Assembly (NCBI GenBank): GCA_044220955.1
Contig: JBGAQA010000120.1
Coordinates: 1 to 18,075, forward strand
Direction: 5' to 3'
From: Sandaracinaceae bacterium
Lineage (GTDB): Bacteria > Myxococcota_A > Polyangia > Polyangiales > Sandaracinaceae
DNA: 18,075 nucleotides
Under the pieces are notes generated by a model. The model was not told the DNA's origin. It ran no database searches and saw nothing but the letters and a program-made list of their open reading frames with translations. The translations under genes and the position numbers were made by a program. This document shows positions 8,353 through 17,994 of this stretch, one piece after another (position 1 is the first letter of the stretch; each line of letters begins with the position of its first letter).

Positions 8353-10062
8353 TCACATCTCGCTCGTGCGCGGCCGGCGGAGGCTCGCGGCCGCGAGGGC
8401 CGCCTCCACGTCCGCGTGCGACTGGGGCCGCCCGAAGAGGAAGCCCTGGAGGTAGTCGTATCCCGCCTCGCGCAGGAAGTCGCGCTGCGCCTCGGTCTCG
8501 ACGCCCTCGGCCACCGAGTGCATGGAGAGCCCGCCCGCGAGCGACGCGATCGAGCGCACGAGGTTGCGGCTCCGCACGTCGTCGAGCGCGCGCGCCACGA
8601 ACGCGCGATCCACCTTCAGCCCGTCGAAGGGCAGCGCCTGCAGGTGGTTGAGCGACGAGTAGCCGGTGCCGAAGTCGTCGAGCACCAGCTGCACGCCCAC
8701 GCGCCTGAGCGCCTCGAGCGAATCGGCGATCTCGCTCGTGAGGTCCACGAACACGCTCTCGGTGATCTCGATCTTCACACGTCCCGGCGGCACGTTCGAG
8801 GTCGCGATCGACCTGCCGAAGAGCTCCATGTGCGCCGCGTCGCGGACCTGGAGCGGCGAGAGGTTGATCGACATCGTCAGCGACTCGGCCGCCTCCGCGT
8901 AGCGGGCGCGCCAGCCAGCGAGCGCCGCGAGCGCCTGCTCGAGCACGTGCGCACCGATCAGCTGGATGAGCCCGCGCTCCTCGGCGACGGGCACGAACTC
9001 GGTCGGCGCGACCGTGCCGAGGGCTCCGCGACGCCATCGGACGAGCGCCTCGTAACCGACCAGCGCGCGATCGCGGGCGCGGTGGATCGGCTGGTAGTCG
9101 ACCTCGATCTCGCCACGGTCGATCGCGTCGCGGAGCTGGCGGGCGATCTCGGCGGTGCGGGACGCGCGCCCGCGGATCGTAGGCTCGTAGATCACGGTCC
9201 GGTTGCGGCCGAGCTGCTTGGCGCGCTGGAGCGCGAGCAGCGCGTCGCTCAGGACGAGCTCGGGCGCCTCGAGGCCCTTGAGCGTACGGACGCCGACGCT
9301 GACCGTGGTGGAGAGGTCGCGCTGATCCTGCGTGACGACGGCACGACCGGCGTGCCCCACCTGCTCGAGCGCCGCTTCGTCGTAGCCCTGGGTGATGAGC
9401 ACGGCGAACTCGTCACCCCCGATTCGACCGACCGTTCCTTCGCGACCCGCCGCCGCGAGCAGTCGACGCGAGACCTCCACGACCAGCCGGTCGCCGACGG
9501 AATGGCCGAACGCCTCGTTGATGGCCCGCATGCGGTCGAGCCCGACGACGATGACGGCACCGGGAGCGTCCCGGATGAGCGCCTGCCCGACGCGATCGAG
9601 GAAGAGCGCGCGGTTCGGCAGCCCCGTCATCCGATCGTGGAACGCTTCGTAGCGCAGGCGCCGCTCGACCTCCTTGCGCTCGGTGTCGTCGATGATCACC
9701 CCGAGCATCAGGTCTTCGCCGTGCTCGCCCCGCAGGTGCCGCAGGAAGAGGCGAGCCGAGACGATACGGCCATCGCCGCGCATCAGCCGTCGCTCGACGA
9801 GGCCGACGTCCTCCGAGCCGCGGATCATCCCCGGCGTGGAGGCCCGGTCGGCGTCCTCGGGCACGGTGAGATCCTTCAGGTTTCTGCCCGTGAGCTCGTG
9901 CGCCTCGTAGCCGAGCAGGCTCAGCAGGGCCGTGTTCGCGCGCAGCATCGTCGCGCCCGCGTCGAGCAAGAGCATCCCGATCGGCGCTTCGGCGAACAAG
10001 ACGCGGAATTGATCCACGTAGGCGACCTTCGCGTCTTCGGGTCGGTCCTTCTCCGCCGACAT
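8353..10062 (-). CDS. PAS-GGDEF-EAL c-di-GMP signalling protein (likely phosphodiesterase)
   Basis: PAS region (LFAEAPIGM..N..LLGY..EL.G), HDRMTGLPNR and RIGGDEF. EAL motifs are YQPI, YEALVRW, INLSP, EITES, DDFGTGYSSL, KVDRAF, AEGVE and QGFLFGRP. TACCCT lies 7 nt upstream of the ATG. Confidence 0.92.
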   Translation of the reverse strand: MSAEKDRPEDAKVAYVDQFRVLFAEAPIGMLLLDAGATMLRANTALLSLLGYEAHELTGRNLKDLTVPEDADRASTPGMIRGSEDVGLVERRLMRGDGRIVSARLFLRHLRGEHGEDLMLGVIIDDTERKEVERRLRYEAFHDRMTGLPNRALFLDRVGQALIRDAPGAVIVVGLDRMRAINEAFGHSVGDRLVVEVSRRLLAAAGREGTVGRIGGDEFAVLITQGYDEAALEQVGHAGRAVVTQDQRDLSTTVSVGVRTLKGLEAPELVLSDALLALQRAKQLGRNRTVIYEPTIRGRASRTAEIARQLRDAIDRGEIEVDYQPIHRARDRALVGYEALVRWRRGALGTVAPTEFVPVAEERGLIQLIGAHVLEQALAALAGWRARYAEAAESLTMSINLSPLQVRDAAHMELFGRSIATSNVPPGRVKIEITESVFVDLTSEIADSLEALRRVGVQLVLDDFGTGYSSLNHLQALPFDGLKVDRAFVARALDDVRSRNLVRSIASLAGGLSMHSVAEGVETEAQRDFLREAGYDYLQGFLFGRPQSHADVEAALAAASLRRPRTSEM

Positions 10063-10099
10063 CGGGCCGAGGGTACCGCGCCGCGGACCGACGCGGGGA

Positions 10100-11383
10100 T
10101 CATTCCGGCGCCCGGTCGTGCTCCACGAAGTCGAGGTCCTTGCCGTAGGTCTCCTCGATCCCGAGCACGGCGATCAGCGCGATGATGCCGACCGCGACCC
10201 CGGTGATCGCTCCACCCCCGACGACGCCCGCGCCGCCGTCGCGGATCGCGCGGAACACGAGCGACACGAGGTAGAGCGAGCCGCGCACGAAATTGGGCGC
10301 CGTGGTGGTCGCCGTCGCGCGGACGTTGGTGCCGAACTGCTCGGCGGCCACCGTGACGAAGACCGCCCAGTACCCGTTCGCGATCCCGAGCAGGATGCAC
10401 GAGGCGTAGAACGCGGTGAGCGAGCTCGAGCCGAACAGGAAGTAGGCGGCGAGCCCGACGAGGTTCAGGAGCAGCGCGGCCGCGATGGCCCGGCGTCGGC
10501 TGCGCAGGAGCTGGCTGAGGATCCCGCTCCCGAAGCTGCCGACGGCCAGGCCGCAGTACGCCATGAGCACGGCGACGGCCGGGCTCGGGACCGGGTCCAT
10601 CTGCATCGCGCCGCCGAACGCGTCGGCGAGCGTGATGGGGATGCCGATCGCGAACCAGATGGGGACGCCGACGAGGATGATCGCGACGTACTTCGTCGCG
10701 CGGGCGCGGTTGGCGAAGAGGGCGAAGAAGTTGCCGCGCGGGACTTCGGCGTCCTGCCGGACCTTGTGGAAGATGCCGGACTCCAGCACGCCCACGCGGA
10801 GCGCGAGCAGGCCGAGGCCCATCGCGCCCCCGACCCAGTACGCGGCCTGCCAGCTCACGACGCGAGAGACGCCGAAGGCGATGAGCGCGCCGAGCACGCC
10901 GATGCCGGCCACGATCGTCGTCGCGTAGCCGCGCGCCTCCTTGCCGACGAGCTCGCTCACCAGGGTGACGCCTGCACCGAGCTCGCCGGCGAGGCCGATC
11001 CCGGCCACGAAGCGCAGGACGGCGTACGTCGTGACCGCGTGCTCGGGCGGCGCGAGGTCGACGAACCCGTTCGCGATGTTGGCGAGCGAGTACATCGTGA
11101 TCGAGCCGAAGAGCACCGCGAGGCGCCCACGCTTGTCGCCGAGCACGCCCCAGAAGAGCCCACCGACCAGCATCCCGATCATCTGCGTGTTCAGGAGGTC
11201 CAGGCCGACGTCGGCGCGAGCCGCCTCGGGCACGCCGAGCGTCGTGAGGCTCGGCAGGCGCACGACGCTGAACAGGATCAGGTCGTAGATGTCGACCAGG
11301 TAGCCGAGAGCGGCGACGACGACCGCGAGCGTGAGCGCGCGCGAGGGCCCCGAGCTCGGACCGGTGGCGTCGCTGGTCTGCAT
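10100..11383 (-). CDS. MFS transporter
   Basis: About 12 hydrophobic segments, motif A (GVLGDKRGR), RFVAGIGLAGELG, AEQFGTNVRATA and a C-terminal EETYGKDL. Confidence 0.92.
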   Translation of the reverse strand: MQTSDATGPSSGPSRALTLAVVVAALGYLVDIYDLILFSVVRLPSLTTLGVPEAARADVGLDLLNTQMIGMLVGGLFWGVLGDKRGRLAVLFGSITMYSLANIANGFVDLAPPEHAVTTYAVLRFVAGIGLAGELGAGVTLVSELVGKEARGYATTIVAGIGVLGALIAFGVSRVVSWQAAYWVGGAMGLGLLALRVGVLESGIFHKVRQDAEVPRGNFFALFANRARATKYVAIILVGVPIWFAIGIPITLADAFGGAMQMDPVPSPAVAVLMAYCGLAVGSFGSGILSQLLRSRRRAIAAALLLNLVGLAAYFLFGSSSLTAFYASCILLGIANGYWAVFVTVAAEQFGTNVRATATTTAPNFVRGSLYLVSLVFRAIRDGGAGVVGGGAITGVAVGIIALIAVLGIEETYGKDLDFVEHDRAPE

Positions 11384-11412
11384 GCGCGGCCGTTTCTAAC
11401 CCGAGCGCGCGC

Positions 11413-11449
11413 AAAACGAAACGAGCCCCGCGATCGCTCGCGAGGCTCG
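11413..11449 (-). terminator. Intrinsic terminator downstream of the Flp pilin gene
   Basis: Minus-strand RNA is CGAGCCUCGCGA-GCGA-UCGCGGGGCUCG-UUUCGUUUU: a 12-bp stem with one U-G pair, a GNRA loop and a U-rich tail. Confidence 0.85.
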
Positions 11450-11477
11450 GTCCGCTTCGGCTCGATCTCTCAGACGC

Positions 11478-11672
11478 TCACGGCGTCGACGAGGTCGGCA
11501 GGCCGTTGACCACGCTCTCCGCGCCGCGCGTCTTGGTCTTCACCGTGTTGCCGAACTTCTGCCAGATGGCGAAGCCGACGACGGCGATGAGGCAGAGGAT
11601 GATGATGTACTCGACGGTCGAGAGGCCGCGGGTGTCGGCGAGGAGCGAGCGAATCCGGCGGGTCTTCATCAT
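11478..11672 (-). CDS. flp: Flp family type IV (Tad) pilin, 64 aa
   Basis: MMKTRRIRSLLADTRG|LSTVEYIIILCLIAVVGF: basic leader, Gly cleavage site, E+5/Y+6 Flp motif and a hydrophobic helix. SD AAAGGA lies 8 nt upstream. Confidence 0.88.
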   Translation of the reverse strand: MMKTRRIRSLLADTRGLSTVEYIIILCLIAVVGFAIWQKFGNTVKTKTRGAESVVNGLPTSSTP

Positions 11673-11747
11673 GGCGAGGTTCCTTTGTTCGTCGTTGCTG
11701 GAGGAGAGCCGCGATGCGCATGCACCGCATCGTCTGCCCACCGCTAT

Positions 11748-11763
11748 TGCGATGTGCGTGCCA
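11748..11763 (-). promoter_or_regulatory. Sigma54 (-24/-12) promoter of the pilin gene
   Basis: Minus strand reads TGGCACG-CACA-TCGCA against consensus TGGCACG-N4-TTGCW, with exact GG/GC spacing and one mismatch. Confidence 0.8.
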
Positions 11764-11835
11764 GGAGCAGATTGCCCCAGTTTCCCACCGATTCGCAAGG
11801 CGAGGACGCTCCTGGGAACGGCAGGCCCCATCGAT

Positions 11836-11852
11836 CACGCCAGGATGGCGCA
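11836..11852. promoter_or_regulatory. Candidate enhancer-binding-protein (UAS) site
   Basis: Minus strand TGCGCCA-TCC-TGGCGTG is a dyad resembling the NtrC-type TGCACCA-N3-TGGTGCA. It is centred about 105-110 bp upstream of the predicted sigma54 start. Confidence 0.5.
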
Positions 11853-11910
11853 CTCGCGCTGGGGTCAGTCGACAGGAGCGCCCGCCGCCGACGCAGCTCG
11901 AGGCGGACGC

Positions 11911-13725
<1,815 letters not shown>

Positions 13726-13737
13726 GGGGCGGCGCGC

Positions 13738-13747
13738 ACGTTAACAT
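13738..13747. promoter_or_regulatory. Overlapping divergent -10 boxes (bidirectional promoter)
   Basis: ACGTTAACAT gives TAACAT on + (8 nt before ATG 13756) and TAACGT on - (12 nt before ATG 13725), inside a 30-bp intergenic gap. Confidence 0.55.
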
Positions 13748-13755
13748 GCCGCCGC

Positions 13756-14379
13756 ATGGATGCATCGAGCGGGGTGCCCTGGTGGATGTTCTGCGCCTTC
13801 GGCTTCTCGTTCGTCGTCGTAGTCCTCGTGATGATCGCCTGGCAGGTGATCCAGGGACGGATGGAAAAGGAGCTCGAGCAGAACGAGCGCTCGGGCAAGG
13901 GAATGGCGCCGGTCCAGCACCCCGAGCCGCTGCACGCGTGGGTGCGCGCGGCGTGCCAGCACATGGACCGCGGCGCGAGCTGGCTGAACGAGCCGCGCGA
14001 GAAGGCCATGCAGATGCTGAACCGCGACTGGCAGATCTTCGACGGCAACCTGATGCGGCAGTGCCTCGATCAGCTCTCCCGTGATCGGCCGACGGCGTGG
14101 AACGGCGTGCGCCTGTTCCGCGTGGCGCTGGCCGGCGTGACGGCGGGCTACCTCGACGTCGGGTCGGCGTGGAACGGCATCCGGCCGGTCGCGCAGCGCC
14201 TCCAGCAGCAGTACCCGAGCTTCGACGCGATCTGGCTGGACTACGTCGTCGGGTATCGCGCATGGCGGCAGCTCCCGGCCGACGGATCCGGGGACGATCC
14301 GCAGACGATCGAGCGCCTGGAGTACATCGCGCGGGCGCGGACGCAGCCGCCCCCCGTGGCATATCGCGCGGGGATCTGA
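13756..14379 (+). CDS. Membrane-anchored protein with DUF1266-like domain, 207 aa
   Basis: Start re-called at ATG 13756. N-terminal TM (WWMFCAFGFSFVVVVLVMIAW), then L.RDWQI..AWN..R...AGYL....AW......A..LQQQY.S...IW..Y..GY..W, a pattern resembling DUF1266. Confidence 0.6.
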   Translation: MDASSGVPWWMFCAFGFSFVVVVLVMIAWQVIQGRMEKELEQNERSGKGMAPVQHPEPLHAWVRAACQHMDRGASWLNEPREKAMQMLNRDWQIFDGNLMRQCLDQLSRDRPTAWNGVRLFRVALAGVTAGYLDVGSAWNGIRPVAQRLQQQYPSFDAIWLDYVVGYRAWRQLPADGSGDDPQTIERLEYIARARTQPPPVAYRAGI

Positions 14380-14424
14380 GGAGCTCCCGGTGGAGGATCC
14401 GAGGCGCGAGCGGCCCCGGAAGGC

Positions 14425-15204
14425 TCAACGCAGCCCGAGCGTCCAGGCGGTCTCCAGCGCTCCGTCGGCGAGGACGAGCGCGACGCGCTCGGGGTCCCCC
14501 TCCACGCGCAGCTCGAGGTAGCCGGCCGTCTGCGCCGGACGCGCGGTGAGCGCGACGTCGATGGACGCCACCGAGAGGCCGACCGCCGGCTCCGCGTAGA
14601 TCGCCAGGATGCCGTCGGGGAACACGTAGGCCTCCAGCGTGACCTTGCCGAGCGTGGTCGTGCCGAGCGAGCGGCCGAGGGCCGGATCTCGGACGCTCGG
14701 CGCGGAATCGGCCGCGAGGCGCACGCGCGGGGGCGCCGCGTGCGCTGGAAGGAAGGCCGCGTAGTGGGCGCGCGCCCCGGAACGGTGCAGGCGGAGCGCC
14801 ACGTCCGCCGCCGCGAAGCCATCGAGCTCACCACGCAGGAGGCGCGCGACCTCCCGCGGGGTCGGCTCGCCCGCGCCCACACCGTCCAGCGTCGAGAGCG
14901 GCGCTCCCCCCAGCAGGGCCGAGCCCATGCGGGCCTGTGCGATCGCGAGGTCGAGCGCGTCCCGCGCGTCCTCATCCGTCGCGCCGATCCGGAGCGCGCC
15001 GGCCCCGAGCAGGATCTTCCGCACGCGGGAGCCGAACGCGCGCGCCCCGCGCGCTTCGTCGAGCAGCCCCAGCACCGCCAGCGCGACGGCGAGCGCCGCG
15101 CCCTCGAGCACCGCGAGCGGGTCGGCCACTTGCCCCGGTTCGCCCCCGGCGAGGCGCTCGAACGCCGCGAGCAGGCCTTGGCTCTCGAGCCGATCTCCGC
15201 TCAC
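14425..15204 (-). CDS. Hypothetical protein downstream of the ECF-like sigma, 259 aa
   Basis: GTG at 15204 with SD GGAAAGGA 7 nt upstream. Protein-like composition, with a helical N-half and a beta-rich C-half. No family recognised. Confidence 0.6.
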   Translation of the reverse strand: MSGDRLESQGLLAAFERLAGGEPGQVADPLAVLEGAALAVALAVLGLLDEARGARAFGSRVRKILLGAGALRIGATDEDARDALDLAIAQARMGSALLGGAPLSTLDGVGAGEPTPREVARLLRGELDGFAAADVALRLHRSGARAHYAAFLPAHAAPPRVRLAADSAPSVRDPALGRSLGTTTLGKVTLEAYVFPDGILAIYAEPAVGLSVASIDVALTARPAQTAGYLELRVEGDPERVALVLADGALETAWTLGLR

Positions 15205-15236
15205 GTGGACGTCCTTTCCATGGCCGATGCTCCCTG

Positions 15237-15263
15237 GACGACGGGGCGCCTTCCCGACTGACA
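15237..15263 (-). promoter_or_regulatory. Candidate ECF sigma promoter TGTCAGT-N16-CGTC
   Basis: Lies in the 67-bp gap between the sigma stop and the next gene. The spacer is exactly 16 nt, resembling the ECF41-type TGTCACA-N16-CGTC motif. Confidence 0.5.
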
Positions 15264-15271
15264 GAGCCCCC

Positions 15272-16030
15272 TCATGCGCCCTCGCCTTCTCCCCGCTTGC
15301 GGCGCGCGGGGCGCGGCCTTCCGGCGTCCGCGCGCCGCGCGAGCACCGCGTCGCGGAGCGCGTGGAACAGAGCGCGCACTTCGTCCTGCTGATCCCAGGC
15401 CAGACCCTCGAGCACGGCGACGAGCAGAGGCCGGCCGCGCTCGACCCACTTGTGCAGGCGATCGTCGGTGACGCCGGACTCGAGCGCGAGCACCTCGCGC
15501 AGCTCGCCCGCACCGGCACCGAGCACCCGATGCAGCGTGGCCCGTGCCTGGACCCGCCTCAGCTGGCGGTCGATCGCGGGGAGCGGCAGCCCGTCCACCT
15601 TGGCGGTGATGGCCTCCTCGACGACCTCGATCAGCATCGTGAGCGCGCGATCGTCGATCGGACGACCGTCCTCGCCCTCGAGCCGCTCGACGAGACTGCC
15701 CTCGTCGCCTTCGGCCTCGAGCGCGCGCGGCTCGCGCAGGCGCCCGCGGGCAGCATCGATCTTCTTGTTGCGCACGATCCGGGTGACCCAGGCGATCGCG
15801 CCCGCCTCGTCGCGCGCCTCCATCTCGCCCACGTGGCGGACGATCGCCATCAGCGCGTCCTGCGCGACGTCGTCGCCCTCGAGCCCGAGCGCGTCGCGGC
15901 TGCGGCGGACGAACGCATCGACGACGCGCCAGTCTGCGCGCTCGCGCGCTGGATCGCGCGGAACCCTGCCGCGCGCCGCATCGCGCAGCCGCCCGAGCAC
16001 CGCGAAGAGCGCCTCGCCTCCACCCGTCAC
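15272..16030 (-). CDS. Atypical ECF-like RNA polymerase sigma factor, about 252 aa
   Basis: Probable GTG start at 16030. Sigma2-like DDVAQDALMAIVRH..AWVTRIVRNKKIDAAR and a degenerate sigma4-like GAGAGELREVL..VTDDRLHKWVERGRPLL. Confidence 0.65.
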   Translation of the reverse strand: MTGGGEALFAVLGRLRDAARGRVPRDPARERADWRVVDAFVRRSRDALGLEGDDVAQDALMAIVRHVGEMEARDEAGAIAWVTRIVRNKKIDAARGRLREPRALEAEGDEGSLVERLEGEDGRPIDDRALTMLIEVVEEAITAKVDGLPLPAIDRQLRRVQARATLHRVLGAGAGELREVLALESGVTDDRLHKWVERGRPLLVAVLEGLAWDQQDEVRALFHALRDAVLARRADAGRPRPARRKRGEGEGA

Positions 16031-16075
16031 GTTCGGGCTCGTAGCACGCCCGGCGCACGTGTAGCGTCGGCTGCG

Positions 16076-17236
16076 ATGCGCTCCCCCGACGCGGCCCATT
16101 TCGTGATCGATCCGTCGCTGATCTTCCTCAACCACGGCAGCTTCGGCGCGTGCCCCCGGCGGATCCTGGAGCGGCAAGCGGAGCTGCGCGGCGACTGGGA
16201 GCGAGACCCGCTCGGCTTCTTCGAGAGCCTGGCGGAGCGGATCGACGCGGCGCGCCTCGAGGCCGCGGCGCTCGTGGGGGCCGACCCCGCCGGGTTCGTG
16301 TTCGTGCGCAACGCCACCGCCGGCGTCAACGCCGTGCTGCAGTCGTTCCCTCTGCGACCGGGAGACGCCGTGCTCACGACGGATCATGCGTACGCGGCGT
16401 GCAAGAACGCGCTCGACCACTGGGCGGGTCGGAGCGGAGCAGAGGTGATCGTCGCGCACGTCCCGTTCCCGCTGACGCACGAGGACGAGGTCGTGGCGGC
16501 GATCGAGGCCGCGGTCACGCCGCGCGTGCGCCTGGCGTTGATCGACCACGTGACGAGCCCGACCGGGCTGGTGCTGCCGATCGAGCGGATCGTGCGCTCG
16601 CTGGAGGGGCGCGGGGTCGCCGTGCTGGTCGACGGGGCGCACGCGCCGGGGATGGTGCCGCTCGCGATCGACGCGCTCGCGCCTTCGTTCTACACGGGCA
16701 ACTTCCACAAGTGGATCTGCGCGCCCAAGGGCGCCGCGATGCTCTGGGCGCGGCAGGACCGGCGCGCGATGCTCCACCCGACGTCGATCAGCCACGGGCT
16801 CACGGCCCGCACGTGGCGCGGCCCGCTGCACGACGAGTTCGACTGGACGGGCACGGACGATCCGAGCCCCTGGCTCCTGGTCGGCGAGTCCGCGCGCACG
16901 ATGGCGGCGATGGCAGGCTCGCTCGGGGAGCTGATGCGGAGCAACCGCGAGCTCGCGCTGGAGGCGCGGAGAATCCTCACGACGAAGCTCGGCATCGCGC
17001 CGCCCGCGCCCGAGAGCATGATCGCGACGCTGGTCGCACTGCCGCTCGGCCCGGCCGCGGGCGGGGGGGCCGACCGTGATCGTCTCTACGAGGCGCTCTT
17101 CGCCCGGAACTTCCGGGTCCCCGTGATGCCCTGGCCCGGCCCGCACGACAGGGTCCTGCGCATCTCCGCACAGCGCTACAACGACGCGTCGCAGTACGAG
17201 GCGCTCGCCGACGCGGTGATCGCCCTGCGCGTTTGA
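16076..17236 (+). CDS. Class V PLP-dependent enzyme (isopenicillin N epimerase / cysteine desulfhydrase / Egt2-like), 386 aa
   Basis: Start re-called at ATG 16076. FLNHGSFGACP, FVRNATAGVNAVL, IDHVTSPTG, VDGAHAPG, YTGNFHKW (PLP lysine) and WTGTDD. Confidence 0.88.
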   Translation: MRSPDAAHFVIDPSLIFLNHGSFGACPRRILERQAELRGDWERDPLGFFESLAERIDAARLEAAALVGADPAGFVFVRNATAGVNAVLQSFPLRPGDAVLTTDHAYAACKNALDHWAGRSGAEVIVAHVPFPLTHEDEVVAAIEAAVTPRVRLALIDHVTSPTGLVLPIERIVRSLEGRGVAVLVDGAHAPGMVPLAIDALAPSFYTGNFHKWICAPKGAAMLWARQDRRAMLHPTSISHGLTARTWRGPLHDEFDWTGTDDPSPWLLVGESARTMAAMAGSLGELMRSNRELALEARRILTTKLGIAPPAPESMIATLVALPLGPAAGGGADRDRLYEALFARNFRVPVMPWPGPHDRVLRISAQRYNDASQYEALADAVIALRV

Positions 17237-17295
17237 CGCAGCGCGCCGACGGATCGCGCTCGATCCCCGCCGGGGGCGTTGTTATCCTCCGCGCG

Positions 17296-17994
17296 ATGCC
17301 GTCGATGCGTAGGCAAGCGTTCGAAGCTGCAGGCGACTACCTGCGCCGCCGTCCCCAGGAAGTGACCCGAGCCGTCTGGAACCTGCTCGGTCTGCGCGTG
17401 GGTGTCCCGCTCGACGCGCTGCGCTGGCTGCTCGACCGCGCGGCCAAGAGCGGCAAGCTCGTGGACCCGGTGCTGACCGAGGTCCCGCCCGGGATCCGCT
17501 TCACCGCCACGGTCGACGCGATGAAGACGCCGCTGCGCGCCTCCGCGGTCATCTACATCGACCGCATGGTGATCACCCCCGACCAGATCCGGATCGAGCT
17601 GCGGCTCGAGGAGATCTGGGCCGAGGTGCTCGGAGACGCGGTCGGGCCCGTGGCGGCCCTCATCAAGTCGGGCGCGCTCGACCTGAGCAAGCCGGGCAAC
17701 CTCGCGAAGTACCTGCCGCTGCCGCCGACGGTCGTCGAGACGCGCGACAACAAGATCGTGCTCGACATGATGAAGGACCCGAAGCTGGCGAAGAACCCGG
17801 TGGTGCGTCGGGCGCTCTCGCTCGTGACGCCGGTGGTGACCGCGTACGGGCTCGAGACGGACGACGACCACCTCGAGGTGATGTTCCGACCGCTGCCGGA
17901 GGGCTTGCTTCCCGCCGCCAGCGCCGTGCGGCGCCACCTCTTGTCCCCGGGCCTGCGGCGCGTGCGCGCGCTCCTGCCTCAGTTCGGGACCTGA
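17296..17994 (+). CDS. Hypothetical protein, 232 aa
   Basis: ATG 17296 is preceded by TATCCT at 7 nt. Codon third positions are strongly G/C and the composition is protein-like. No family recognised. Confidence 0.7.
   Translation: MPSMRRQAFEAAGDYLRRRPQEVTRAVWNLLGLRVGVPLDALRWLLDRAAKSGKLVDPVLTEVPPGIRFTATVDAMKTPLRASAVIYIDRMVITPDQIRIELRLEEIWAEVLGDAVGPVAALIKSGALDLSKPGNLAKYLPLPPTVVETRDNKIVLDMMKDPKLAKNPVVRRALSLVTPVVTAYGLETDDDHLEVMFRPLPEGLLPAASAVRRHLLSPGLRRVRALLPQFGT

Noticed and set aside
5491..10185. Very long + strand ORFs (763 and 794 aa), and similar shadow ORFs throughout the window
   Set aside because: They are antisense or alternate frames of well-supported genes, have Arg/Ala/Gly-rich low-information translations, and are expected from stop-codon scarcity at high GC.
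11761..11815. 8-bp inverted repeat CCAGGAGC/GCTCCTGG
   Set aside because: It is short, GC-rich and separated by 39 nt, so it is plausible by chance. There is no transposase or target-site duplication.
11673..11910. c-di-GMP/cGAMP (GEMM) riboswitch upstream of the pilin
   Set aside because: No GEMM-like conserved core could be found by eye, and the sigma54 promoter leaves only about 65 nt of UTR. An Rfam scan would settle it.
15201..15221. Mini-ORF MERTST overlapping the GTG start of the sigma partner
   Set aside because: It is made largely of the partner's own SD sequence, and its possible SD lies at or upstream of the predicted TSS.
16076..17236. Beta-lactam (cefD) or ergothioneine biosynthetic cluster
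   Set aside because: No other pathway genes are nearby and this PLP family is widespread, so the substrate cannot be assigned.
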